The notes beneath the pieces are model-generated. The model saw only the letters and a list, made by a program, of their open reading frames with translations. It had not been told where the DNA came from and did not search any database. Both the position numbers and the translations under genes were made by a program. From Octopus vulgaris (Eukaryota), in the NCBI GenBank assembly GCA_951406725.2, contig OX597819.1:132432001-132496000 (forward strand): a DNA stretch of 64,000 nucleotides. Direction: 5' to 3'. Positions 11,046 to 26,475 of the stretch are shown here, one piece after another; position 1 is the stretch's first letter; every line of letters begins with the position of its first letter.

Positions 11046-12592
11046 TTTTAAGACAGTAAGGGGGGGATTTGAGGATCTGGCTGCTATCATAGCAAGTTCA
11101 GGAATCGGGTAGAAGTTTCTTTGAGATGAAAGGTCACGAATTTTTATAGGAACCAAGGGATTGGATGGTGTGACGTTTCCAAGAGCGTCTGCGAACTAAG
11201 TTGTTCTTGATTCGGGTTACTAGGAAATAATTTCTTTGCTTCTGGTACAGCTGCCCTGTAAGAAGTGATTTAGTTCTTAGGAAATGGTTCATCTGCAATT
11301 CACAATACAAAGAATTTAATTATAAAAGCCACATGGATTAGTAATTATCAAGCTAGATGTACGATGAAAAATTGCTGAAATCCATTTATTAAACAACAGC
11401 GATTAATAATTACTTTGTCAAGTCACTGGAATATTTTTGTAAAAAGTTAAATTTAAAACGAGATTAATTTAACATCGTCTCTTTCCATTGTTATTCATGT
11501 ATTATGGAATTAAAAAGAAATATATGATACTATTTTTTATAATTAAGTTCAGAATGTATTAGGTTGCTATAATATCTGGTTTTATCAAAGAAAAAGAGAT
11601 ATTGTATTTCTGTAATTCAATGAAATAAAAAAAATAAAACCGATGAAATGAAAAAGCGAGGTTGTATTGAATCTATTGTAACAGGTTCAACCAGTTTTAT
11701 GGAAACGCTCAATATATCGGAAAAATACTATATAAACAGGTGCAACCGATTTAATAGAATAATTAAAAACGTGCTTCAGAAAATGGAAAATATAGGAAAA
11801 ACTGTATAATACAAACATTGCTAAGATTATTAATAGAGGTATGAGGACAATACATTACTATTCAGCGAACAAGTTGTTTTTTTAAACCTATTTCCAAAGA
11901 CACCCAATCATCATCGCTAAAAATATATGGAATTTGAAGTGAACTTACGTTTAGAATTCTTGATACTCATCTATTTTTCAATGTGACAAATATATTATTA
12001 ATTATATTTGTTCATCTAACAATCTTTTACCTTCTCATAATACTGTCGGATTCACCTGAATTAAAAATAAAATATTATTCGTCGATGTATTCAGGTTTTT
12101 CTTTATTGAAGGAAAGCAAAATGGATTCTTTCACTGACAAGAGTTTACGCCTCTGACTTGCAGCAATGCCGAACTCTACTAAAATATTTACGACACGAAG
12201 TGAGTCCTTTTCACGTTGGTTGTTAGCAACGGTTCATGCATATTATAAGGCATTCTACTTATACTGAACAAACTTTTGACTTGCAGACTGGCAGTAACAG
12301 TAGATAGTATTTCAGTTCAGTAGAACCAAATTTTGAGTTCGAAACCTATCAAAGAGTCTTTAATCATTTTCAAATCGATGGAATAAGTACCGATCATAGA
12401 ATACAGACGATACAAACGCACCAATATTAGAATTTGCCAAAATTTAAACATTGATCTGAGAGTCTTCTGTTCTGGAGTTTCCTTATCTTCGCATCACTAA
12501 AACAACAACTAAGTTGCTAGTCATTTAGTATACACGGAACACTGTGCAGTGAAGTCGTTGTTGGTGCACTGTCAGGTGCACACCACACCCAC

Positions 12593-13026
<434 letters not shown>

Positions 13027-13207
13027 TGGTAAAAACGGTAAGATAACAAAAGAAAGAAAGATACCTCAATATTATGTAAATAGAGGAAATTTTTCTATAA
13101 AATAATATGTTACAATTACTCAATAGTCAAGATAAAACTCTGAGTTTCAGATGCCGAAGTGAAATCCACAACACCACTTCGGCATCTGAAATCCAGAGTT
13201 TTATCTT

Positions 13208-13213
<6 letters not shown>
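13027..13213 (-). mobile_element. Short inverted-repeat element between (TA)n tracts, probable PLE end
   Basis: Arms ATAGTCAAGATAAAACTCTG..TTTCAGATGCCGAAGTG and CACTTCGGCATCTGAAA..CAGAGTTTTATCTTGACTAT (13123-13213), plus a unique tail. Confidence 0.55.
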
Positions 13214-13256
<43 letters not shown>

Positions 13257-13436
13257 GTATATTTGCCATCTCAATATGGCTAACCACTAAGGGTAGATGT
13301 TACTGTAGCTTTTAGCCCCAGGAGAACATCTTCCCCAGCTGGCTATAGACACACTTTCTGTGTCCTATCGGTATTTGCAAAGGGAGGTCATCCTTCCCTC
13401 GTCAACCTAAGTGATACGCACGGACTGCAGTTTCTG

Positions 13437-13488
<52 letters not shown>

Positions 13489-13502
13489 ATATACACGCAC
13501 AC

Positions 13503-13533
<31 letters not shown>

Positions 13534-13859
13534 TGTATGTATGTATTTAGATACAATATCCGTATATATAGTGATGGGATTGGTGTTGTGGTTTTCTACA
13601 CCGGTTCATATATACACGGCGAACAGCCGCGACAATGTCCTTTCCATTTTAGTCACGTGTTCAGCTGCACATCTTGTTCTTATCCTCACCAAACTATTTA
13701 ATCGCTGACTCTCGACGGGAATTTACTCTGACATTTGCAGACTTTGTTCTGTGTTCAAATGTCACCAAAGTCAACTTAGCCTTTTATCCTTCTTGATAAT
13801 TTAACTGAAACTTCCCTCAAGTTTGTGTTTTTTTTAATGTTAGTAATTATTATTAATAT

Positions 13860-15065
13860 TTCCTCCAACATTTTCAAAGTATTGGAATCAGTCATCAATA
13901 ATGACCTCTTCCCCCACCTCCTCACTGACCATCATCGTTACGGCTTCCAGAATCAGATTTACTGATGACTAATTCTTTTATGTCACGCACCGATTGCTTC
14001 TTGCTTTAGATGAAAGCAATGTCGTGGCTCTTGACAGTAAAAGCCTTTCATTGTAACCGGCATACAAATCTCCTCTCAAAACTGACCACTCTACGGACTT
14101 CATCTGTCTCCCATCTCTTGGATTGGTAGCATTCTATCCGATCGCAACATGGTGGGTTATGCTGACGAAGCTCTTTCGGCCCCACTTTCAGTCAGCTTGG
14201 ATGTTCCCCAGGGATTTTACTCACCATTCTCTCCCTTCTATCCTTATAGGTGCATACGGCGTATCCCACTCTTACGCAGATGGCATCCCCTTTCATTCCT
14301 CTCCAGCTCCCCACCAACTTGCATCATCCACACACATCCCAGACATCTTACATCAAACATACACTCTCCCACAAATGGAGGCCCTGAGAACTCCTTTGGT
14401 CGGGCCATGCCAATCCTGTTTTATTTAACAGCTCAAAATACTCAATCGTTACTCTAATCAAGAAAACATACCACACCGCACCTCAGTTAAATATGACATT
14501 CAGCTAAAGCGTTCACAGTTAAAGTAAAAGATAGATATCATTCTGATAGAAGAACTTACCTGGTGAAAACACATCTTTGAAATCGGACTGCATCCCAAGG
14601 ACTAATTCTTCCTTTTAGGACAAGAAAATATTTCAACCCGCAACAACTGTTGATATTCTACAAAGCTCAAGTGTAGCCCTCAGTAGAAATCGCTAAAAGA
14701 CACATCGCAGCAGCTTCTGACCGACACACGTGACGCCTCCCCACTCTCTCTCTTTGTCAACTATAATGGCTTTTGTTCCTCGGAGCTGTTTGGTCTCATA
14801 CATCTACGCTTCAAGTATTTCCTGTGAACGAGAAGTACTTTTACCTCTCCTCCTTCTTGTGTTCAATCACCCTACTAACCCCTACGCCCAGTCCTTCCTC
14901 CACAGAACACGAAATCCCACTAGAATCTCTTCTTCCCTGCTCATATCTTTCCAGAACGTATTCATCTGCAACAGCATCGACCTCATCAGCCTCGGTCCGG
15001 CTGCAATGGTCATTGTTAATTATCCTACTTTCACTCGACTCAATCAGTTAAAATAATCATAAATA
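13860..15065 (+). mobile_element. Decayed LINE (Jockey/CR1-group-like) RT and 3' end
   Basis: Remnants FKVLESVIN, YGF, VVALD..KAF, VPQG and HSYAD in RT order, followed by an A-rich tail. Confidence 0.7.
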
Positions 15066-15829
15066 ATGTTTAATTACATGTAGAAAATCATTAGGGCTAC
15101 ATAACATCGTCTCTGACGGACGTTGTCCGTGTAATACAATATTTAATGCCCACTCTATATACGGTACATCGCCATGTCTACATTACACATACGTTCTGGT
15201 GTGAATGTCACATGTTGTACAATAATTAGAGAACAGTGTAGCTCTACGATGTCTGGGGAAGTGAGTACATCGCCTCCATTGACTTCAGTGAATTCTGCAT
15301 GTACTACAACATCTTGTGTAGGCTGGAGACAAACACTGGCTCGTCTATTGTACAATGTATAATATATAGATCAAACCACAAATTCTCCATTCATCTTTGT
15401 TTTTCTAATAAAATCACATTTTGCTACACTCAATAAAATTCCCACAATGCCTCTCTGCCACATTTTGTTGTGCTACATTGATTTTTGCTTCGCTACAGTG
15501 AATTGTCTCAAATTCTGCCACATACAATTTTTCAAACTCGGTCATGGTTTTTGCTTCTTCCCCACCTCCAATAAACCATTTCAAACATTGATTTATTGAA
15601 AAAACATTCTCCTGATTCCGGCGGTGCTCTTCATCGTCACAGTAAATTATTTTTGTGGTTAATAAAATAACTTTGGTGGTTTAAAATGGAAATTCTCTCC
15701 TCAGACATCTTTATTCAATAAACTTTGAACTCTGAGTGGATTTATCAAGTCAGAGGCTTCTTACCGGTCGCCCAACATGCTAGAAATAGCAACTAAATTC
15801 CCCTGAAATGATCTTATTTTGCTATTCTA

Positions 15830-16072
15830 TTACTCACTAGACTGCGACCATACTGGGGCACTGCCTTGAACGGTTGAGTCGATTTCGGTGCTTAGTTTTT
15901 AAAGCCTGATGCTGATTCTATCAGTCACTTTTTCTGAATTGCTAAGTTTGGCTCCTAATATAGATATTGGTTCATGTTGACCACCAGTTTATATTTTCCC
16001 ACTAAATCCATTTCAAATCCCCCTACACTGGTTGTCAAGCGGCGAGGAAGGCGTGCACAAGCCTCCTCTCTC

Positions 16073-16132
<60 letters not shown>

Positions 16133-16275
16133 GCACACATTCACACATATACGATGAATTGCCACACAAATTTTCTGCCTACCAAATTCACTTATAAGGC
16201 GTTGGTCGACTCGAACCAGTCGAAAACACTTTCCCGGGGTACCATACCAAAGGGGAACTGAATTCAAGAGCCGTG
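15830..16275 (-). mobile_element. SINE family B with internal (CA)n
   Basis: Reverse-complement similarity to 7610-7950. Confidence 0.65.
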
Positions 16276-17329
16276 CCATACCATCGTACACAATGATGAA
16301 CAATAACATCAACAGAACTCCTTCCATTTTTATGATACATTTCGTCGTTAAAATTCTATCGTTCGCTATTTACATCGACCACGATTTCCTATTGTCCCAG
16401 GAGTTAGGATTTCCTGTAAACAACAGGAAATGCTGACTAAAGTCGCAGAGACACAAATAGTAAAATATTTCATCTAAAATAACAACGCTATGTACGTATA
16501 TAACAGCGAATGGCAGAGATCTGTAAGAGGCCGACGAAAATGCTGCGAATACTTCGCCAATTCCACCCTACACTCTCATATTACCATAAGAACGCTAAAT
16601 GAAAAAAAAAAAAAAGGAACCCGTCTTCATTACTGGGCATCACGAACGAACAGATCGCGTGCAACTTGGCACGCAATTACAGAGCAGATGTTTTAAATAT
16701 TTTCAATATTTCATTTTTGGATTTATATGTTTTAAGAATTTATAGCTTTTTCACTGTTATTTCTTAGCTTTTATATTCCATTGCCATTTACAACGTCACC
16801 GATTGCTTTTCCTTCGCAAAATATCTCCCTATATTGTTTTTCCATTCTGCATTTCCCCACCTCCCTATTTTCTCGAATAAACTACTAGATGCATTGCAAC
16901 ATTGCCTCTTCTTGCCACATTGCCATTCTTCAACATTTTCCTATGCCACGCTGCCTTTTCCTTGGCTACATTCATTTGTTTTAAATTCTGTCACATTGAA
17001 TCTCTTCACACTATTCAACATTTCGGAATCGGTCATGAGCGATGACTTCTTTCCTTCATTGTGTCAGCGATTATTAACTTTGAATTAAGATATTTTCCTA
17101 ATTTCGCTGCTGATGTTCACTCTCATAACACACAAATTCTAAAATGAAAAAGAAAAACAATTCTTATTCAAAAATGTAAATTCTGTCCTTATTTTTCTGA
17201 TACATTTCGTCGTTAAAATTCTACTCAGTTGTCATGCATGTTACAAATAGCAACTAAATTCCGCAGGACCAAATCCTGCCATAGAAACGGTAAATACTTA
17301 AACTGGGACCAGCAGTACACACATTCCTT

Positions 17330-17560
17330 CGTCTTTATAATACGTTTCTTCATTAATAAATGCATTTAGTCGTTAATATATTTCGTTATTAGTAAATACC
17401 ATTCGACGTTAATAAATGAATTTTATCGAAAATATATTTGTTGTTAATAAATACATTTACTGTTAATAAATACATTTTGTCTTCAATAAATATATTATGT
17501 CATTAATAAATACGTAGTGGTTAATCTATGAATTTTGTCGGCTGTTAATTAATAAATGTT
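17330..17560. repeat. Degenerate AT-rich tandem repeat, unit of roughly 20-22 bp (~CGTTAATAAATACATTT)
   Basis: Recurrent ttaataaata(c/t)att motifs. Confidence 0.6.
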
Positions 17561-17734
17561 GTTAGAATCCGAAATGTCGTTTACCATAGTGAAGACATTA
17601 CTAGGTAGCTGCTTGCTGAATTGGCAAGAAGCAAGAATCACCCACCGTTAATTTCTTCCTCCGTTTTCTTTTATTTGCAATCTTTCACCCTTTGTCTGTT
17701 TTAGAATTTATAGCTTTTTCACTGTTATCTTGAA

Positions 17735-18025
17735 GACTTCTTCATTGAATAAATCGACTCCAAGACTAATTTTTTAAAGTCTGGAACTAATTCCATCAGT
17801 TTCCTTTGCCGAGCCGGTTGTCAAGCGATGGTGGAAGACAAACACACACACATACACACACATACGCTCACACACACGACGGGCCTACCACATCCACTCA
17901 CAAGTTTTTGATCGACCCGAGGCCATAGTAGAAGACACTTGTCCAAGATGTCACGCAGTAGGACCGAACTCGGAGCCATGTGGTTGGGAAGAAAGCTTCA
18001 TAATACACAGCCACATCCGCACCTA
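17735..18025 (-). mobile_element. SINE family B
   Basis: TCCACTCACAAG..CCCGAGGCCATAGTAGAAGACACTTG..GAACTCGGAGCCATGTGG..ACAGCCAC. Confidence 0.75.
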
Positions 18026-18434
18026 TTTAAAAAAAAATAAACTTCCGAATTTTATGTTTAAAATACCAGAGATTGCAATTTTACTAAATGAAAGTTTTAA
18101 AAATTTTATTTCTTTTATTTTTCGCAGCGGCTTTTACGAAATATTTGTTTTAAACACAGGAGAATACAAACCCGAAAAACAAAACGAAAACCTCCCAAAA
18201 TCGCATTTTCACTTCTTTCTATATCACCCCTCCCCTCACCGTTTTCCGTTTTGAGGTTTGATGTCAAATTATTGCTTCTAGTTCTTTTCTGCTGAAAGAT
18301 TTTCTCTGAAGAATATGGCGTAAAGATTACAATTATGTTCAAGTGCTTATTGCGATACACCGGTAACACATGAAGGTGTGTGTGTGTGTGTGTGTGTGTT
18401 TGTGTGTGTGGGTGGGTGAGAGAGAGAGAGATAG

Positions 18435-18468
<34 letters not shown>

Positions 18469-18872
18469 TGAAGGTATGTGTTTGTGTGCATGTGAGTGTG
18501 GACTTCCATATGGAATGAACGTGGAAAGTAATTTTCTTTTCAATTTTGTTTAAATTGTTGAATATTTTAAACTTATTTTAAGGTGATAAATATTTTTGTA
18601 TTGAAAACTAACTTTCATTTCATCATTGTATGTAAGCGCCAAGAAATTTGATAAATGTGAAATCATAATTATTGTATGTAGACCATAGTTCCAGATATTA
18701 CCTATGGTGACAAAAATATGATTCGAAAGTTCCCCATCGTCACACTCTAGTGTGTGTGTGCGTGTATATATAGTATATATGTATTTATGTATGTATGTAT
18801 TTATATATGTATATATATGTTTCTATATATATATGCATATATATATATATTTGGAAATCGATATATAATATA

Positions 18873-18960
<88 letters not shown>

Positions 18961-19369
18961 TTCATATATGGGTACGGGACGTCATCAATGGTGCAAATAA
19001 CATGAAACACGTAAACAATGAGAGAAAATAGGTCCCTTTTCTGTGTTTACTTGTCCTGTAGCCACATATTCATGGCCACAGCTCGTGAGCTGAAACTAGA
19101 TGAAAATGAAGATGAAAAGGAAAAAAAATATACATATATATAGGCGGTGCTCCAGTATGGCCGCAGTCAAATGACTGAAAGAAGTAAAAAGAAAAAAAAG
19201 AAAGATATGCATATATATAGTATATATACATATATATAGTATATATATACATATATATAGTATATATATACATATATATAGTATATATATACATATATAT
19301 ATAGTATATATATACATATATATAGTATATATATACATATATATATAGTGTATATAAAGTTAATCCAAA

Positions 19370-20165
<796 letters not shown>

Positions 20166-20379
20166 GTGAAATAGAAAGATGAATAATCTTGTAGTAGATT
20201 AATCAAAAATTTAACCGATACCTTAGTAGCAAAAATCACAGCAGTAAAACAGCACGGTTGGAGGTACAACCATATGGTGTTGCAACCGTGCGTTGGTGCG
20301 GATAATTGAAATTAGAACATTATTGGTGAATTGAAGAAATGGAGCTGAACGCAGATTGAACAGAAATCGTTTTATTTCA

Positions 20380-20459
20380 TTCTACACGTGTTTCGAAAGG
20401 CACAAATTACCAAAATCCGATGGAATAATGGGACCATATTGTGTCTTTCTCTTCAGGAA
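20380..20459 (-). ncRNA. Minimal type I hammerhead ribozyme motif (PLE-type)
   Basis: Minus strand: TTC-CTGAAGA-GAAAGACACAA..loop..TTGTGCCTTTC-GAAACACGT-GTA-GAA; palindromic stem III ACACGTGT. Confidence 0.7.
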
Positions 20460-20583
20460 GAAAATAGGAAATCCGTTGGAAAAACAAAAACAGAACAGAG
20501 GCAGAGCAAAAACAAATCGAACTATGCTCCTAAGAGCCCATGGCGAAACTGTTTATCAGTGTATGTTTATCAGTGTATATATG

Positions 20584-20975
<392 letters not shown>

Positions 20976-21009
20976 CATATATAGTATATATATACAAATA
21001 TATATATAT

Positions 21010-21064
<55 letters not shown>

Positions 21065-21084
21065 AAAGAGATGGACAGAGAGAG

Positions 21085-21235
21085 CACCACCTTTAGTCGA
21101 ACAAAGCGACCCCAGGACTTATTCTTTGTGAGTCTAGTACTTATCCTACTGGTAACTTTTGCCGAACTGCTAAGTTACGGGGACGTAAAGACATGACCAT
21201 CGGCTGTCAATCGATGGTGGGGGTCAAACATAGTC
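21085..21235 (-). mobile_element. SINE family B, 3' part
   Basis: GAGCACCACCTTTAGTCGAACAAA.CGACCCCAGGACTTA..GCCGAACTGCTAAGTTACGGGG. Confidence 0.75.
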
Positions 21236-21264
21236 ACACAAACATATACACACAAACATTCATA

Positions 21265-21308
<44 letters not shown>

Positions 21309-21313
<5 letters not shown>

Positions 21314-21471
21314 GGAAACCACTATGTGGACACCCATATGCTAGAAATAGATCCGCTGCGGTCTCACCACCAAGAAATGTTCTCAAATTTTTCTTGAGAA
21401 CATTTCTTGGTGGTGAGACCGTAGCGGATCTATTTCTAGCATATGGGTGTCCACATAGTGGTTTCCCTCTA
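21309..21471. repeat. Near-perfect palindrome (~78-bp arms, ~7-nt loop) adjacent to (TA)n
   Basis: TAGAGGGAAACCACTATGTGG..TTCTCAA atttttc TTGAGAA..CCACATAGTGGTTTCCCTCTA; the ORF track shows the same peptide on both strands. Confidence 0.93.
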
Positions 21472-21769
21472 ATATATATATTATAAAGTTTTACTGAACT
21501 TTCACTTGTTTTTATGTTAGACCACTGGTGTGAAATCAATGTTAATTAAATAGATATCTAATTTCTCATCCTTATTTTAAATTTATATATATATGCATAC
21601 ACATTATATAGACATATATACATACAAACATTATATATATACGTATATACATTATATATACACATGTAAACATACATACATGTATACATACATACATATA
21701 TACGTATATATACATACATATATATATATACATTACATATATATATATACATATATATATATATACGTA

Positions 21770-21801
<32 letters not shown>

Positions 21802-21826
21802 CATATACATATACGTATACATATAC

Positions 21827-21885
<59 letters not shown>

Positions 21886-22403
21886 CAGGCACGCACCAGA
21901 AAATGTTACCCGACTTGTGATAGATAACACTCTTGTTATGACATAATACTTGTGAGAAATTGTGTCGAGTTTTGTTGCCTGAAAGATTTCGTAACTTTTA
22001 ACAGTTAATAATAGAAAAGAGGTAAGCTTTGTGTGTCGAGTGAGTTAGTATGAATAACGGAGATCTATTACAGGGTTTAGATTACTCACAGATATATATC
22101 TGCGAGTGTCACTACTTAGAGCCCTCCCTCGGTGGCGCAGACGATATCAAAGTAAAAAAACGATTAACGAAGCAAACAAAAAATCCAGTTCTTGAAGAAA
22201 GTATAATTATGTTGAAACAGTATTCGCTAATAGGTATTTGAAATAGAATCTTCTGGCAGTCGCTGCCGCCGCGGCCGTCTTCGAAATAGAATTGTCTTCA
22301 TGCGAAATTTATTTACATCTGAAAATTATCAAGTATAAAAATAAATTAAAAACAAAATAATCAACAATCATATATATTATATATATATATATATAAAATG
22401 GGG

Positions 22404-22449
<46 letters not shown>

Positions 22450-23137
22450 GTACAATATATATATATATATACACAAATATATGTATGTATGTATAAAGAA
22501 CTCTATTGAAATGAAACAAAGGAGAATTCGAGAGAGCGGCTTCGGTGCTGGTCTTCTTAAAAATTCTACTCATTAGTCTATATTCTCGAGTTTTATATTA
22601 AACATATGAATGGAGGAAATGTTGCTAAGATGCCGATGTATATATTTGTTGAAAATTATCAGAGAAATAAGAGCTAATAGAAAATTAGCAAAAGCATAGA
22701 GCGCACCGAAAATATGAGATTGTCTTTTGAACTTACTGACACGTGCAGTAAACCTTATAATCTTTTCAGCCATTGGGTTGGGTGCGTCACGGAAGGAGAC
22801 TAGGGTTGTTGCTTCTGAAACAAGTTCGCCAAATATAGGCCATTTCATTTCAGGTTGTATATAGGGAACGATCTGTTGTCTAACAAAATACAATTTTTGC
22901 ACAGCTTTTGCTATTGACATCCATAAATAACGGTACCAATGAAAGGCTGGGGACACTGGCTCATTGCAACATTCATGGCTGTTGTTAAGATCCTAAACGC
23001 CAACCCAGTCCCCCTCTTAGCGTCTGATATGCCGAATCACCCAACACTGGTAACGGTTTGATTTCGCTCTGAAACTTTAACGTTTGTCAGGTTATTCTAG
23101 AATAATGTCGATTTCTCTTACGCCAAACACCCACACA

Positions 23138-23522
23138 TGTATGTATGTATGTATGTATGTATGTATGTATGTATGTATGTATGTATGTATGTATGTATGT
23201 ATGTATGTATGTATGTATGTATGTATGTGTGTGTGTGTGTGTGTATGTCGCTCTGAAACTTTAACGATTGTTATGTATGTATGTATGTATGTATGTATGT
23301 ATGTATGTATGTATGTATGTATGTATGTATGTATGTATGTATGTATGTATGTATGTATGTATGTATGTATGTATGTATGTATGTATGTATGTATGTATGT
23401 ATGTATGTATGTATGTATGTATGTATGTATGTATGTATGTATGTGTATGTATGTATGTATGTATGTATGTATGTATGTATGTATGTATGTATGTATGTAT
23501 GTATGTATTTATGTATGTATGC
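23138..23522. repeat. (TATG)n microsatellites separated by a duplicated CGCTCTGAAACTTTAACG
   Basis: Directly visible; the 18-mer occurs at 23066 and 23249. Confidence 0.93.
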
Positions 23523-23532
23523 ATTTTTTTTT

Positions 23533-23991
23533 CTTAAGGCTTAAGGCTGTATCATGCGCGGGGACATAGAAATAATCGGACTGAATACCCGTTCACGCGG
23601 TTAAACCATTGGGAGTGAAGGACTCCTAGCCTTTGTCAGGACATCCTTCTAGGAGAAGGTAACTCAGGTAACTGGGATAACTCCGAAATAAAACCAGCGG
23701 CTCAGTGGTTACCGATGATGTTGACTTGTTCTTCTTTTCGGATTATGACTGCTGTTGCTTAGTGAGTGGGATTGACTCAGAGCACAGCCTTTCCTCACTT
23801 TTAAAATAATCTTCTTGCACAGGCATTGCACGATAACACCATTGTTCATGATTGTTGATGGTGCTGTGAGTCTCAACTGAATGGCTGGCTGTAGCCTTAT
23901 AAAGCAAATAAAAGTCACATTCGATCACAGCACCAATAACAGTTAAGCTTCGTGCAATGGCCATACTCGATAACGAGGGGACAGCCGTCAT
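23533..23991 (+). mobile_element. Short non-autonomous RTE-derived element (RTE-like 5' motif joined to the LINE 3' tail)
   Basis: Contains CTAGGAGAAGGTAACTC..AAACC. Its 3' end TAAAAGTCACATTCGATCACAGCACCAATAACAGTT.AGCTTCGTGCAATGGCCATACTCGATAACGAGGG is nearly identical to 26728-26810. Flanked by tetranucleotide repeats. Confidence 0.65.
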
Positions 23992-24410
<419 letters not shown>

Positions 24411-24624
24411 TGTATGTCTATGTCTGTGTGCACGTGTCTCCTTTTTTGAGCAGAATTGTTACAGCAAATAATTACTCGATACATTTCCGCTCTAATTATA
24501 ATTAATTGCACATTGATTATATTAGCCCTCACTTACTAAATATTTTATCCTAATACTTTCTTGAGCTCTTGTCCTCGTCTTTGTAAATCGCATAAAGATT
24601 TCTCTGAAATGCGAGTCTAGCTAT

Positions 24625-24790
24625 ACGTAATGCTTTGTGGCATTTTGTCTGTCGTTACGTTCTGAGTTCAAGTTCCGCCGAGGTCGACTTTGTCTTCCAT
24701 CCTTTCAGGGTCGATGAAATAAATACCAGTTGAGCGCTGGGGTGGATGTAATCGACTTATCCCGCCTCCAAAATTATTGGCCTTGTCACG
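24625..24790 (+). mobile_element. Nin/Deu-domain-like tRNA-derived SINE (family C)
   Basis: GAGTTCAAGTTCCGCCGAGGTCGACTTTG.CTT.CATCCTTTC.GGGTCGAT.AAATAA.TACCAG matches the Nin-domain-type core. Confidence 0.8.
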
Positions 24791-25062
24791 TACGCGCAAT
24801 TCGTTTTAGGATCACCACTACTTTATTATCTCCCTTCTTCCTAGCTCTTCTGTCTGACCACCCATATCCGGCCATCACCATGATTGACCGCTAGCCACTA
24901 AAGGTTTCATTTTTTAATTCTTTCTCTGTTTATTTTCTCGTGTTCCTTTCTGTTGACAAGCATAGGCTCAAAAAGTAAAAGACTTTCTCACCTTCCCGAG
25001 CGTTAAACTAATACACCTGTTTGTTGTTTACACACCTGTCGTCTTTTGTATTTTGTAAATTC

Positions 25063-25065
<3 letters not shown>
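24790..25065 (+). mobile_element. Degenerate PLE-like 3' end followed by (TA)n
   Basis: Eroded hammerhead-like CTGTTGACAAGCATAGGCTCAAAAAGT, pyrimidine-rich tail, then (TA)n. Confidence 0.35.
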
Positions 25066-25142
<77 letters not shown>

Positions 25143-25171
25143 CATACACACACATATATGTATGTGTGTGT

Positions 25172-25855
25172 GAGGTCACTTATGTGTGTGCTACTGGTAA
25201 CATGGAATCCAGTACAACTCGCAGCCCGACAAGGCTTACCTGTTGAGGACTGTTACTAGAAACCCAGCAGGACCAAAACCAAGATCTTTGATTAGAACAG
25301 ACGAATCTTGTGTAGGTTCAACGACAGTCTAGCAATAGCACAGGTACTCAGAAATTCTGGGTTGGTATCCAGATTGCTGGGAGACCACTGGGTGTGAGGA
25401 AACCCTTATCTTTTGTTAAAGCACATCTCTGAGGGAAGGACACTCTGACATAAAACCAGGAATGAAGGGAATGGCATAGAACATTTTTGGTGATCTTTTG
25501 CTTGCGCTTGATGCCATGGTGCTGCCACATTCCTGAGGCTGCAATCGATATTGGCACTGGATATCTTGCCCTGGCCTGTCTCTGGATCATGTAAGTGGGG
25601 GTAGAAAGGGTCCGGGATGTGTTGTAAAAGCCTTATTGGACTTAAAATGCTAGGTTGTGCAATCGCTGGCGAGGAAACTATGTGAAGCCCGGTCGGGATG
25701 GAGGGAGCCGAGGTGAGCATGGAAGCTGCGGACGCAAACACAGGTGAAGCGGACTGGTGGTGCATTGACCTCATGCATGGGTATTGCAGGCATTTTACAT
25801 GGGCAATGGTCAACAGTGGTTTTCTTCGATCATGAGTAGACAGCCACCATCATCA

Positions 25856-25856
<1 letters not shown>
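25172..25856 (+). mobile_element. Short RTE-like element between (TG)n tracts
   Basis: 3' end GTGG..CTTCGATCATGAGTAGACAGCCACCATCATC resembles the tails at 23960 and 26780. Confidence 0.5.
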
Positions 25857-25894
<38 letters not shown>

Positions 25895-26406
25895 TGTGTG
25901 TATGTGAGTGTGTGTGAGTGTGTGTGTGTATGTGTGTGTGCGTGTGTGTGTGTTTGACTTTAAACTGAATCCAATAGAGGGGCCCTGTTATGGGTTTTGA
26001 TTAGAGTGTAACCACCTCTGAGCCACTATTGTTCCTCGGTCTACTCTAATTCGGAGTTGTGGCACCTGTTAAGGCCCCAGCCGTAGGTTCACTAGTATAT
26101 GAACAAATGAGAATAAAGGGCCCCCGGCTCTTGCTAGAACTTCCTTTTAGAGGTTAAACTCGTATAAAGCACAACTAAAGTGCAGTCGGTTTCTGGTTGC
26201 CGCCGCTTATGTTGTGTCACTTTTATGAAAGCTGATTGCGCTGGAAAGTCGGTTCAGTGCTGTGCAACAATTCATCCACCCCAAAACAAATTCATACACA
26301 GAAACTGCTTGGATTCTCGGTACGTTTGCACGGTCTTCTTGAGTTTAGTAAGAGGTCTTACTTGGTCACGAAGTTGACTTTCACCATGTATGTGTGTGTG
26401 TGTGTA

Positions 26407-26438
<32 letters not shown>

Positions 26439-26475
26439 GGCAGGGTCTACATACATACATACATACATACATACA

